Of a DNA stretch of 49,649 bases, positions 1-8,469 are shown one piece after another (the stretch's first letter is position 1; every line of letters starts with the position of its first letter). The DNA is from Anaerolineae bacterium (GTDB lineage Bacteria; Chloroflexota; Anaerolineae; B4-G1), in the NCBI GenBank assembly GCA_016931785.1, contig JAFGED010000202.1, positions 1-49,649 of the forward strand, read 5' to 3'. A model generated the notes under the pieces. The model was not told where the DNA came from. It did not search any database and saw nothing but the letters and a program-made list of their open reading frames with translations. A program made the position numbers and the translations under genes.

Positions 1-800
1 CGTTCGAGCTGTACCTCAAGCGGCTCCTGGTGGGAATGTACGACCGGGTTTACGAGATTGGCCACGACTTTCGGAACGAAGGCATCTCACAGAAACACAA
101 CCCAGAGTTCACCCAACTGGAATTCTACGCCGCTTACTGGGACTATAACGACGTCATGGCCTTCTGCGAACAGATGGTCGCTTACGTCGCCGAGCAAGTG
201 CTGGGCACTACTGTGATCCAATACCAAGGCCACGAGATCGACCTCAACCCGCCCTGGCGGCGGGTCACACTGCGCGAGGCCGCTATCGAGGTCACGGGCA
301 TTGACTATCTCGACCACCCCACCGCCGATGAGTTGGCTTCTGCGCTCAAGGCCAAGGGCCTCGAAGCAAAACCTGGCGCAACTTGGGGGCGCTTGATCGA
401 CAAGGTGCTCTTGGATGCAATGGACCCGACACTTATCCAACCGACATTTTTGATGGATTACCCCCGCGACATCTCCCCATTTGCCAAGGTCAAACCCGAC
501 GATCCGACTCACGTCGAACGCTTTGAGTTTTTTATCGCGGGAATGGAGATGGGAAACGCCTTCAGCGAGCTAAACGATCCTTTCGACCAGGAACAGCGCT
601 TCCTCGAAGCAGGCCGGCTCTACGTAGCAGAAGACGAGGAGGCACACCCAATGGATGAAGATTACCTGCGGGCGATGAAGTACGGTATGCCGCCTAATGG
701 GGGTTTTGGCATGGGAGTGGACCGACTGACCATGCTCCTCACGGACAAAGCGACGATCCGCGAGGTCATCCTCTTCCCGCATCTTCGGGCCAAGGAGTGA
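1..800 (+). CDS. lysS: Lysine--tRNA ligase (class II), 5'-truncated by window edge
   Basis: Motif 2 FRNEGISQKHNPEFTQLEFY, ERFEFFIAGMEMGNAFSELNDP and motif 3 YGMPPNGGFGMGVDRL...VILFP; the frame stays open to the window start. Confidence 0.97.
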   Translation, partial: FELYLKRLLVGMYDRVYEIGHDFRNEGISQKHNPEFTQLEFYAAYWDYNDVMAFCEQMVAYVAEQVLGTTVIQYQGHEIDLNPPWRRVTLREAAIEVTGIDYLDHPTADELASALKAKGLEAKPGATWGRLIDKVLLDAMDPTLIQPTFLMDYPRDISPFAKVKPDDPTHVERFEFFIAGMEMGNAFSELNDPFDQEQRFLEAGRLYVAEDEEAHPMDEDYLRAMKYGMPPNGGFGMGVDRLTMLLTDKATIREVILFPHLRAKE

Positions 801-939
801 TCCAATCCCTCGTATCCCCACAAACCCGAGGGCAAAAATCAGCGCTTGCCCTACAGATGATACGGCCAATCCGTGGCGTAAAAGGTTTGAATTCGGTTTG
901 AGCAAGATGCGGCTATCCCCTCTTGGTACTGCCATACTA

Positions 940-968
940 TTGACTGCCTATGTAAAGTAGTGTAAAAT
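940..968 (+). promoter_or_regulatory. Putative sigma70 promoter for the 1029 gene
   Basis: TTGACT (940-945), 17-bp spacer, TAAAAT (963-968). Confidence 0.55.
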
Positions 969-1028
969 GAAATAGGCTGGTAAAAAACGAAAGGCAGGTA
1001 ACAAAACCAGCACGAAAAAGGAAAGGGG

Positions 1029-2036
1029 ATGGAAAAAAGGGGGGCGGGAGTCGCGCGATCTCTCCCAATAATAGCCATAGTAGTTATCCTCCTTGTAGGA
1101 AACGTAGCTGCCACCCATCCACAAGAAACCCCTAGCGGGAAATGCGAATACTTCACTGAGACCGGTCACTACGTATGCAACGAGTTCCTTGATTTTTTCA
1201 AGACACGAGGCGAACGAGGGACCTTTGGCTATCCTCTCACGGAGGCATTCGACGACCCCGCACGCGGGCTACGGGTGCAGTACTTCCAGCGTTCCCGCAT
1301 GGAATGGCACCCATACAACCCCGACCCTTACAAGGTCCAGCTTGGATTGCTAATCGACGAGTTGGGCCACATCGATCCCCCGGTCGGCGAAGCAGAGCGC
1401 CCAGCCTTTAACAGCTCTGTCCACCATTATTTCCCAGAAACCGGCCACGTCGTATCCTATGCGTTCCTCAAGCACTTTCGTGAGCACGGCGGGCTAGATA
1501 TATTTGGTTATCCCCGCACCGAGTTTATGTATGAGGATGGATATATCGTCCAATATTTCCAACGGGCGAGGATGGAATGGCATCCCGAGGCGGCATCCGG
1601 GCCGGAAATGCGCCTGACCGATATGGGGGAAATTTACCTCGAGGAATTTGGCCTCCCTGGTGATTACGATCAACCTCTACCACCTCCCGCCGCACCGGGA
1701 GCCACTCCCGGTCCGCCAACAGGGCCGCATACCAAGCTAGACGTAAGTGCGTCAGTACGCTACGCCATTATGGGGCGTCAGGGCACCCAGACTGTTTTTA
1801 TCTACGTGAACGATCAGCGGCACGAGCCAGTCCAGGATGTCAACGCCCAAATCGTCATACACTACCAGTCAGGAGATCAAACACACACCTGCGACCCTAC
1901 CAACACCAGTGGTTTTACCAAGTGCAGCTTTGATATCCAACTGTCACCCCCGGGAGAAAAAGTGGTGATCGATGTGATGGCAGTCTATGGTGACCTGAGG
2001 GCTACGACCCAGACCTTTTTCTTGCCATGGTGGTAG
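1029..2036 (+). CDS. Secreted/surface protein with two YFxETGH...GYP...VQYFQR repeats, a Pro-rich linker and an Ig-like C-terminus
   Basis: N-terminal hydrophobic signal; internal duplication EYFTETGHYV...GYPLTE...VQYFQRSRMEWHP versus HYFPETGHVV...GYPRTE...VQYFQRARMEWHP, a repeat type I associate with Chloroflexota surface proteins. Confidence 0.8.
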   Translation: MEKRGAGVARSLPIIAIVVILLVGNVAATHPQETPSGKCEYFTETGHYVCNEFLDFFKTRGERGTFGYPLTEAFDDPARGLRVQYFQRSRMEWHPYNPDPYKVQLGLLIDELGHIDPPVGEAERPAFNSSVHHYFPETGHVVSYAFLKHFREHGGLDIFGYPRTEFMYEDGYIVQYFQRARMEWHPEAASGPEMRLTDMGEIYLEEFGLPGDYDQPLPPPAAPGATPGPPTGPHTKLDVSASVRYAIMGRQGTQTVFIYVNDQRHEPVQDVNAQIVIHYQSGDQTHTCDPTNTSGFTKCSFDIQLSPPGEKVVIDVMAVYGDLRATTQTFFLPWW

Positions 2037-2068
2037 CTCTTATCAACATGGTGGTAGCCCACCCACGA

Positions 2069-2103
2069 GAAAAAAAAGCCCGCCGCGTGCGGGCTTTTTT
2101 TTC
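2069..2103. terminator. Bidirectional intrinsic terminator
   Basis: gaaaaaaaagcccgc-cgcgt-gcgggcttttttttc between the convergent genes 1029..2036 and 2285..3139. Confidence 0.85.
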
Positions 2104-2119
2104 GAAAGCATCATATCGC

Positions 2120-2270
2120 GTAACTACTCAGGCTACTCGCCCGAGCAGTCTCTCTCGCTCGAAAAAGGGAGGGGGCGGGGGTTGGGAGAGCGGCGAAGCC
2201 GCTCTCCCAACCCCCGCCCCCTCCCTTTTCACACGCGAAAGGCAACTGCGAAGCAAGGCTGAGTAGTTAC
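2120..2270. mobile_element. MITE (151 bp) with 12-bp TIRs and an 8-bp target-site duplication
   Basis: GTAACTACTCAG...CTGAGTAGTTAC; CATATCGC flanks both sides (2112-2119, 2271-2278); internal 32-bp perfect stem 2163-2229 with a GAA loop; second copy at 49563. Confidence 0.9.
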
Positions 2271-2284
2271 CATATCGCTAAACT

Positions 2285-3139
2285 CTACGGAACCACATTG
2301 ACCGCGACCAGCGTGACATAGTCCACCCCAGCGCTGGTCGTTACGCGCTCACCAACCGCTTCCGGGTTGTACAGGCCGACAATGATCGTCGCCGGGCCGG
2401 TGTAGCCACGATACTCCTCGACAAACCCCATCGAATGCACGTCCACAACGGTCTCCCCAGAAGACCACTCCATCATAGGGCGATCCCCTCCACCAGGAAG
2501 CCCATCGTGCTGCGCGATGATGTTGCCGTCACTTGACCGAAGGTGGGTGAAAACGACATAGTTCACCGGGCTGCGCCCCTCCAAGGCCCGCCAGGTAAGG
2601 GTGAGCTGTATGGGCTGTGCAGTGGTGACCTCGACTGCCGACAGGCTATAGCTGACCAACTCCACAAAAGCGGGATTGCCGAATCGGACTCGCACGTCAC
2701 CCGACAAGGCCCCTACAGGCACCGAGGTCGCCGGAACAGCGGTCGACCGAGGCTGCGGCGTAGGAACCGAAACGGCAGAGGTCGGCGCAACAGTCGGCAC
2801 TGCAAAGGTCGGCGTAGGACTGGGAGTGAGATCAACGGTAGGAGTGACAGAGGCCAATGGGATTGGCGTAGGAGTGCCGATGGACATCTCGTCATAAAGG
2901 TCGGGCAGGATGAAATTCGCACTGATAAAGATAGCCGCGCCGATAAAGACGAGAATCAGAACCATCGCCCAAGCCCGAACCACACGCGATGTCGCGGTCT
3001 CACGCTCGAGCGTGAACAGAGCTAGACCCCGGTCCCGATGTGCAATCAACGCTCGTACCGTATAAAAAATGGCCCCAAAAATGCATCCAATGTAAAAGAT
3101 CCAGGCGTAATCTACCAACCAACGTAGAAGAATCGTCAT
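2285..3139 (-). CDS. Membrane protein: two TM helices, Pro/Thr-rich linker, C-terminal beta-sandwich domain
   Basis: Two hydrophobic segments, a TPTP/PTPT-rich linker, then LTLTWRA...VFTHL...AQHDG.P...W..GE; start overlaps the punA stop (ATGA). Confidence 0.8.
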   Translation of the reverse strand: MTILLRWLVDYAWIFYIGCIFGAIFYTVRALIAHRDRGLALFTLERETATSRVVRAWAMVLILVFIGAAIFISANFILPDLYDEMSIGTPTPIPLASVTPTVDLTPSPTPTFAVPTVAPTSAVSVPTPQPRSTAVPATSVPVGALSGDVRVRFGNPAFVELVSYSLSAVEVTTAQPIQLTLTWRALEGRSPVNYVVFTHLRSSDGNIIAQHDGLPGGGDRPMMEWSSGETVVDVHSMGFVEEYRGYTGPATIIVGLYNPEAVGERVTTSAGVDYVTLVAVNVVP

Positions 3140-3975
3140 AGCGCCCTCAACACCCCACGAATGATTGCTCCCAACCTTGGCACCAACACCCGGCCAGCTT
3201 CAAGCACCTCCTCGTGGGTTGTCTCCACCGCCGCACCCTCTACCGGTGCGATGTTGCTGATACCAGAGAGCCCCAGCACACGCGTACCGCCGTGGCGAGC
3301 AATCGCGACCTCGGGTACGGTCGACATGCCGACGGCGTCCGCACCAATCAAGCGCAGGAACCGCAGGTCGGCCCGCGTCTCGAAGCTGGGACCCGCCAGG
3401 CAAACATAAACCCCCTCGCGCAGAGGCACGTCCGCCTCAGCGGCTGCCCGCCCGGCAAGCTCCCGCAGGCGCAGGTCGTACGGTTCTGACATGTCCGGGA
3501 AACGCGGCCCGAAGGCGTCCAGGTTTGGACCACGCAGCGGGGTCAGCCCCCCCATTCCAATCAGGTTAATGTGATCGGTGATGAGCATCACGTCACCCGT
3601 GTTGAACCCTGGATTGAGACCCCCCGCCGCATTGGTGACGATCAGCGTCTCAATTCCCAAGACCTGCATCACACGAACGGGAAAGGTGACCTCAGCCATC
3701 GAATAGCCCTCATAGTAATGAGCGCGTCCCTGCATCACGGCCACCGCCTGCCCCTCCAATCGCCCGACGACCAAACGGCCTGCGTGTCCTTCTACAGTCG
3801 TGGTGAAAAAGTGAGGAATGTCTTCATAAGGAATGGCCACGCCATCCAAGACGGCATCCGCCAACGCGCTGAGACCAGAGCCAAGAATGAGGCCCACCCC
3901 AGGCTGTAGGGCAGTCCGCTCCCGCACCACGGCAGCAGCGGCTTCAAAATGCGACATCATGAAGGATTCAGGCAT
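3136..3975 (-). CDS. punA: Purine-nucleoside phosphorylase (trimeric, PNP I type)
   Basis: GLILGSGL, VEGHAGRL, QGRAHYYEGY, TNAAGG, GPSFET, GADAVGMSTVPE, HEEVL. Confidence 0.95.
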   Translation of the reverse strand: MPESFMMSHFEAAAAVVRERTALQPGVGLILGSGLSALADAVLDGVAIPYEDIPHFFTTTVEGHAGRLVVGRLEGQAVAVMQGRAHYYEGYSMAEVTFPVRVMQVLGIETLIVTNAAGGLNPGFNTGDVMLITDHINLIGMGGLTPLRGPNLDAFGPRFPDMSEPYDLRLRELAGRAAAEADVPLREGVYVCLAGPSFETRADLRFLRLIGADAVGMSTVPEVAIARHGGTRVLGLSGISNIAPVEGAAVETTHEEVLEAGRVLVPRLGAIIRGVLRAL

Positions 3976-3985
3976 CCGGGAATCT

Positions 3986-4630
3986 CTAGATCCTATCCAG
4001 CAGCTTGCGTCTCTTCTCCTGGAACTCGGCGTCCGTCAGCAGACCCTTCTTGCGCAACTCATCCAACTCCGCGATCAACTCCGGGATATCCGCTGCACTC
4101 GGCGCTCCGCTCTCCGCCTGCCACTTGGAGTCTTTGGACGCTCCTAGCTGATCAAGCCCGGTTTTCTGATCAAGCAAATCTTTCTTGAATTCGATCGGGT
4201 CGGCAAGGCGATAAAAGACATCGGCGCCGCTATCCGAGCCGGCGATGACCTTGACGTCGCCATACTTGAGGAGGCGTCCCATCGCGGTCTGCTCCGTCAC
4301 GATGTCGTTGATCTTTTCCAGCAGGGTGTCAGACACCCGCTTTTGGACCATCCCGCTGACCTGGATAATGCGACGATCGGTAATGACGTAGCGCTTGTTC
4401 CACCAAATCCACAAGCGGTATAGAAAATGACCAACGGGCACGAGCAGCAATAAGAGGCCCAATAACGGCACAGCCCATCCAGAAAATACGGCTCCCACTA
4501 TCGAAAGGGCAAGAATGATAAAGCTGACCACCCCGTCAACCAGAATCGTGGGCAGCAACACGATCCAGTGGTCACGAGAAGTCCTCACCACACGCTCGTT
4601 CTTCGCCAACAATTTCTCCACGTAACTCAT
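3986..4630 (-). CDS. Membrane protein with bacterial PH domain and C-terminal SHOCT domain
   Basis: Two TMs, YVITDRRII..SG...GRLLKYGDV (bPH_2-like), LDELRKKGLLTDAEFQEKRRKLL (SHOCT); ATG 4630 follows a GAAAGGGG RBS (alternative start 4657). Confidence 0.85.
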   Translation of the reverse strand: MSYVEKLLAKNERVVRTSRDHWIVLLPTILVDGVVSFIILALSIVGAVFSGWAVPLLGLLLLLVPVGHFLYRLWIWWNKRYVITDRRIIQVSGMVQKRVSDTLLEKINDIVTEQTAMGRLLKYGDVKVIAGSDSGADVFYRLADPIEFKKDLLDQKTGLDQLGASKDSKWQAESGAPSAADIPELIAELDELRKKGLLTDAEFQEKRRKLLDRI

Positions 4631-4653
4631 GATGCCCCTTTCAGCGCCCCAAC

Positions 4654-5544
4654 TCAAGCGCGTGGATGAGCCTTATCGTAGGCCTCTCGCTTGCGGCGGG
4701 TAGAGACCTTGGTGTAGATTTGTGTACTGGAAATATTGGTGTGACCCAGCAGTTGCTGAAGCTCGCGCAGTCCTGCGCCGCCATCCAGCATGTGAGTAGC
4801 AAAGGAGTGGCGCAGGGTATGAGGAGTGACATCTTGCTCGATACCAACGGCCGTGGCGTATTCTTTGACGATCAGCCAGAGGCCCTGCCTGGTCAAGGGA
4901 TATCCACGGCGATTGACAAACAAAGCCGTCTCCCTCCGCCCGTGCAACAACCTGGGCCTACCGCTCTCCAAGTAAGTTTCAAGTGCTCCACGAGCGCGTT
5001 CATGGATCGGCAGGATGCGCTCCCTGTTTCCCTTGCCCAGGCAACGCACCGTTTCATCCTTCAGATCGACTGCGCCTACGTCGAGCTGGATAACCTCGCT
5101 GGCCCGCATACCGGTTGCATACATTAACTCAAGCAGCGCCCGGTCTCGTAGCCCTTTGGGGGTATTGGACCGAGCCGGCTCCGCCAGCAACCGGGCCACT
5201 TCCTCCAGACTCAAGGGATGTGGAAGATGTCTGTCAACCGACGGAGAGTCCACCAAGACGGTGGGATCATCCCCCAGCACGCCGTCGGCGACCAGGAAGT
5301 GAAAAAAAGACTTGACAGCCGCGACCTTGCGTCCCACCGTCGAAGGGGCATACCCGCGCTGCTTAAGATACAGGACGTGGCTCCGAATGCGCTCTCGACC
5401 CACGTCCTGCCAAGAAAAGACCCCCTCACCTGCCAGGTAGGACAGGAACTGGGTTAGGTCGTTGCGATAAGCAGAAACAGTATGGCTAGAATAGCCCTTT
5501 TCTACCACCACAAAACGGAGAAATTCCTCAATTTGCGCTTGCAT
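4654..5544 (-). CDS. xerD: Site-specific tyrosine recombinase XerD
   Basis: YSSHTVSAYRNDL, RDRALLELMYATGMRASE, GKGNRER, TPHTLRHSFATHMLDGGA..RELQQLLGH..ISSTQIY. Confidence 0.9.
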   Translation of the reverse strand: MQAQIEEFLRFVVVEKGYSSHTVSAYRNDLTQFLSYLAGEGVFSWQDVGRERIRSHVLYLKQRGYAPSTVGRKVAAVKSFFHFLVADGVLGDDPTVLVDSPSVDRHLPHPLSLEEVARLLAEPARSNTPKGLRDRALLELMYATGMRASEVIQLDVGAVDLKDETVRCLGKGNRERILPIHERARGALETYLESGRPRLLHGRRETALFVNRRGYPLTRQGLWLIVKEYATAVGIEQDVTPHTLRHSFATHMLDGGAGLRELQQLLGHTNISSTQIYTKVSTRRKREAYDKAHPRA

Positions 5545-5576
5545 TCTATCCTCTCAAAAAACCCTCTGTCCCGTTC

Positions 5577-5585
5577 ATTATAGCA
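5577..5585 (-). promoter_or_regulatory. Extended -10 element (TGCTATAAT) upstream of xerD
   Basis: Reverse complement of attatagca, about 33 bp upstream of the xerD ATG. Confidence 0.55.
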
Positions 5586-5623
5586 TACTTTGCATAAACT
5601 CAAAAACGCAGGGGCCAAAAAAC

Positions 5624-5806
5624 GGGTGCATTTGCCCCCTGGGGCAGCGGACGCTCGGTTTCCAGTGAAATAGGCATAACACACGCTTTAGCGTTCATCA
5701 GACAGGAGCAAATGCCCCCCGGCAGCTTGGGCTTGCGCCCCAACTACACCTTGGTAACACCATTTCCTCACAAGCAGCGTATACGCCCCAAGGAACAAGC
5801 ACACCC
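5624..5806. repeat. Intergenic repeat module (GGGTGCATTT...AAATGCCCC family), copy 1
   Basis: 5624-5688 matches 9269-9332 at about 55/65 positions by hand alignment; 5785-5806 matches 9365-9386 at 19/22. Confidence 0.75.
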
Positions 5807-5901
5807 TAAAAAACAGCGCGCGGGACGTCCGCCAGCGAAACGAAAAAAGAGTGAGCCTTTCGACCCACTCTTTCCATCGCTGTTCGAGCTGGATTCAACC
5901 C

Positions 5902-6849
5902 CTACAACCGCAACACGTCCCCTCCAACAAGTCCGACCAGCAGTGGCGCGCCCGGCGCGAGGCCTTGCGGGGCAACCACAGTGGATACTCCCTGTGCCAG
6001 ATCTAGGTCCGCTTTCCAATCAGCCCAAGTTTGGCCCCCGTCGCGGGAAATAAGCAAGGTTGTGCCAAGCACCGCCAGGACGTCCGGAGTATCAGGAAAC
6101 TCGGGCGAGAGCACAATAGCATTCACAACATCCTTGATAACATCTTCCCCCAAACGTGACCAGGTTTTCCCCCGATCCTCAGAACGAAAAAGGCCAAACG
6201 CTTCTGTACCGGCAAACAAGACGCCGTCGTTGGCATAATCCGGCGACAGGGCGAGACTGATCACTGGCGCATAGTCGATGGGGAAACTCACCTCTCGCCA
6301 AGCGCGACCGCCGTTCGTGCTGCGGAAAACGCCTGTCTCCGTGCCTAGGAAAAGCGTCTCGTCGTTGGCAAAAGCAGGAGAAATAGCCATAGACAAGACG
6401 TTCAAATCTAGCAGCCCAAAGTTCCACCGCCGGAAACGTTTACCCCGATCGGATGAGAGAAAGACGCCGTCTTCCATCGTCCCCACGAATAGCGTGCCGT
6501 CTTGGACAAAATTCGGCGACACGGCGATGGCCGAGACAGCAGGGGGTGGCGACGCCAAAGAAGCCACTTGCCAATTCTCGCCGCTGTCCAATGAATACAG
6601 CACGCCCCCTAACGCACCTGCAAACACGCTCCTATCCGACTCAAAATCAGGCGAGACGGCGACTGCCATCGCCGCCAGTGCCTCCTCCAACTCTAGCGAA
6701 TTGTACGCATAACTCCAGCTAGCAGCCCCCCCATCCTCGGAGCGATAAAGGCCGCTTTGCCGCGCGGCAAAGCAAATACCATCCTGTGCAAAGTTGGGCG
6801 AGATGGCCAGGCCATAAACGATATCCCCAACCTCTGTTTCTTTGCTCAT
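5902..6849 (-). CDS. BNR/Asp-box repeat beta-propeller protein
   Basis: Six repeats of (A/L)(I/V)SP.F..D...F.G...G(V/L)(Y/F).S.D.G..W; AGGAGG RBS; no evident signal peptide. Confidence 0.85.
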   Translation of the reverse strand: MSKETEVGDIVYGLAISPNFAQDGICFAARQSGLYRSEDGGAASWSYAYNSLELEEALAAMAVAVSPDFESDRSVFAGALGGVLYSLDSGENWQVASLASPPPAVSAIAVSPNFVQDGTLFVGTMEDGVFLSSDRGKRFRRWNFGLLDLNVLSMAISPAFANDETLFLGTETGVFRSTNGGRAWREVSFPIDYAPVISLALSPDYANDGVLFAGTEAFGLFRSEDRGKTWSRLGEDVIKDVVNAIVLSPEFPDTPDVLAVLGTTLLISRDGGQTWADWKADLDLAQGVSTVVAPQGLAPGAPLLVGLVGGDVLRL

Positions 6850-6879
6850 CTTTGCCTCCTAATCGTTCTCAAGGGGCAA

Positions 6880-6908
6880 ATTATACAACGATCTCCAAAT
6901 TACGCCAA
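6880..6908 (-). promoter_or_regulatory. Putative sigma70 promoter for the BNR gene
   Basis: TTGGCG, 17-bp spacer, TATAAT on the minus strand. Confidence 0.55.
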
Positions 6909-6922
6909 GCCACAATGGTTTG

Positions 6923-7015
6923 AATCCCCCGCTTGGCGACAATCCCTTGGATCGCGCCTCACCCCCGCCGCAATTGCCAACCGCTTCGCGTTTGGACGCT
7001 CTCCGGCTTTTCCCC
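6923..7015 (-). mobile_element. IS200/IS605-like mini-element, left-end-only copy D
   Basis: Minus strand TTTAT|GGGGAAAAGCCGGAGAGCGTCCAAACGCGAAGCGGTTGGCAAT...AAGCGGGGGATT, collinear with the left part of copy C (26702-26929); no right-end hairpin. Confidence 0.7.
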
Positions 7016-7016
7016 A

Positions 7017-7053
7017 TAAAAAGAACAAGACCCCGCGATGCGGGGTCTTGTTC
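7017..7053 (-). terminator. Intrinsic terminator downstream of the Flp pilin gene
   Basis: gaacaagaccccgc-gat-gcggggtcttgttc 14-bp stem followed by a T-run on the minus strand. Confidence 0.85.
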
Positions 7054-7095
7054 GGCAGTGCGGTCCATTCGTGCAATACCACCGTCACTCTAGGC

Positions 7096-7242
7096 CTAGA
7101 TGGAATTCACGATATTGCTGAAGATGTTGCCAATGGCCGGGCCTAGCAGCGCCAGAATCACGATAACCACAATAGCCACTAGAACAAGAATCAACGCGTA
7201 CTCGACCAGTCCCTGCCCTTCCTCACGTGGTAAAAACAGCAT
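7096..7242 (-). CDS. Flp family type IVb pilin (48 aa; not in the ORF track)
   Basis: MLFLPREEGQGLVEYALILVLVAIVVIVILALLGPAIGNIFSNIVNSI*: prepilin G|QGLVEY motif plus hydrophobic helix; GGAGGT RBS. Confidence 0.95.
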   Translation of the reverse strand: MLFLPREEGQGLVEYALILVLVAIVVIVILALLGPAIGNIFSNIVNSI

Positions 7243-7304
7243 CCCTATCACCTCCCTTCAATAGAATGATGGACACTTAGACAATGCTTTATACCACTAA
7301 ACAA

Positions 7305-7369
7305 ATTATACTGGATTCACACATGTACGGCAATAGGACGTTGGTACTAATCCTTCTGGTACCAATCCT
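7305..7369 (-). promoter_or_regulatory. Flp pilin promoter with adjacent operator-like repeats
   Basis: TTGCCG (7333-7328), 17-bp spacer, TATAAT (7310-7305); TAGGAC-N4-GTACTA (7334-7349) abuts the -35; TGGTAC(T/C)AATCCT repeated at 7342-7354 and 7357-7369. Confidence 0.65.
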
Positions 7370-7381
7370 CATTTGGCTGCA

Positions 7382-8449
7382 CTATATGGGTAACTCGAGA
7401 CTGACCCTTGTACCACGGCCCACGCTGCTGTCGAAGTGGATCCGCCCTCCCAGCATCTCTACTCGCTCACGCGTCACCGCCAAGCCCAGCCGGTCCGCAT
7501 CGGGTGAGGTAAGCGCTTCGGTGAGCTCAAACCCGCTGCCATTGTCCTCGACCGACACCCGGGCCAGATCATCCCCCAGGTCGAGGCTGATCTGAATACT
7601 GCTGGCATGGGCATACTCAGCCGCATTGTTGAGCAGCTCCTGAATAAGCCGGAAGATGGCCACTTCCTTATGTGGTTCCAGTCGCCGTTCCTTACCCGTG
7701 ATAGTCAAATTGGTCACTATCTCGCTGTTTTCTGCAAAGCCGTCCACATAACGTCTCAGGGTAGGCACTACCCCAAGATCATCGAGCATCATCGGGCGTA
7801 GATTGAGGATGAATCCCTTCACTTTCTGGAAGGTACCCGCCACCGCATTCTTCAGATTGACCAGCTCGGTTCGTGCCCTATCGGCATCGGTATCGAAAAG
7901 ACGCTCGCAAATTTCTGCCTGAAGGATAAGGTTGGTCAAAGACTGTGCCGGGCCGTCATGCATCTGCCGGCTGAGCCGCTGCCTCTCACGCTCCTGTGCC
8001 TCAATGATGCGCACGGCAAGCGGCTGCAAGGGCCCGCCCGCACCCGCCGCCTCATCTCCATCCTCTCCAGCACCCCGAGATCCGTACTGTGCCTGATCGG
8101 CGACATCGAGCACGCTGTGTAGCCTGTCGAGATAGCGCGTTAGGCTGCGCTGGTTGCTCTGCAGTTTTTCCAACTGCCCGCGCATAGTAAAGAGCCGTTG
8201 CTGTGTATCCGAGACGGCCACGTACGCCTCACGAATATCCTCCCGCGGCACCGTGTCCAACGACGCTTCAACTTGCCGCAGCTTGTTGGTCACCTGCGTA
8301 TTGCGCTGCGAGAGTCGCTCCACCTCGGAAGTCGTCTGTTGAATGAGCAGGTCGACCTCCTTGAGCTCGCTCTGGGTCTGCTTGTAATCTTTGCCGATCT
8401 CGTCCAACAACTGCTCAAATGTTTTGCCGGTCTGCGCTGTAGTCACCAT
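7382..8449 (-). CDS. Soluble DegS-like sensor histidine kinase (coiled coil, HisKA_3, HATPase)
   Basis: QERERQRLSRQMHDGPAQSL, LRPMMLDDLG, FRLIQELLNN, VEDNGSGF, GL...RERV..LGG; no TM segment. Confidence 0.9.
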   Translation of the reverse strand: MVTTAQTGKTFEQLLDEIGKDYKQTQSELKEVDLLIQQTTSEVERLSQRNTQVTNKLRQVEASLDTVPREDIREAYVAVSDTQQRLFTMRGQLEKLQSNQRSLTRYLDRLHSVLDVADQAQYGSRGAGEDGDEAAGAGGPLQPLAVRIIEAQERERQRLSRQMHDGPAQSLTNLILQAEICERLFDTDADRARTELVNLKNAVAGTFQKVKGFILNLRPMMLDDLGVVPTLRRYVDGFAENSEIVTNLTITGKERRLEPHKEVAIFRLIQELLNNAAEYAHASSIQISLDLGDDLARVSVEDNGSGFELTEALTSPDADRLGLAVTRERVEMLGGRIHFDSSVGRGTRVSLELPI

Positions 8450-8469
8450 GTGTTCACTCCTGCGTTCGT

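Noticed and set aside
4654-5544. Tyrosine recombinase as an integron integrase driving the GT-C array
   Set aside because: It has XerD length and motifs, shows no IntI-specific insertion, and sits near punA as housekeeping xerD often does. Array genes overlap, leaving no room for attC sites.
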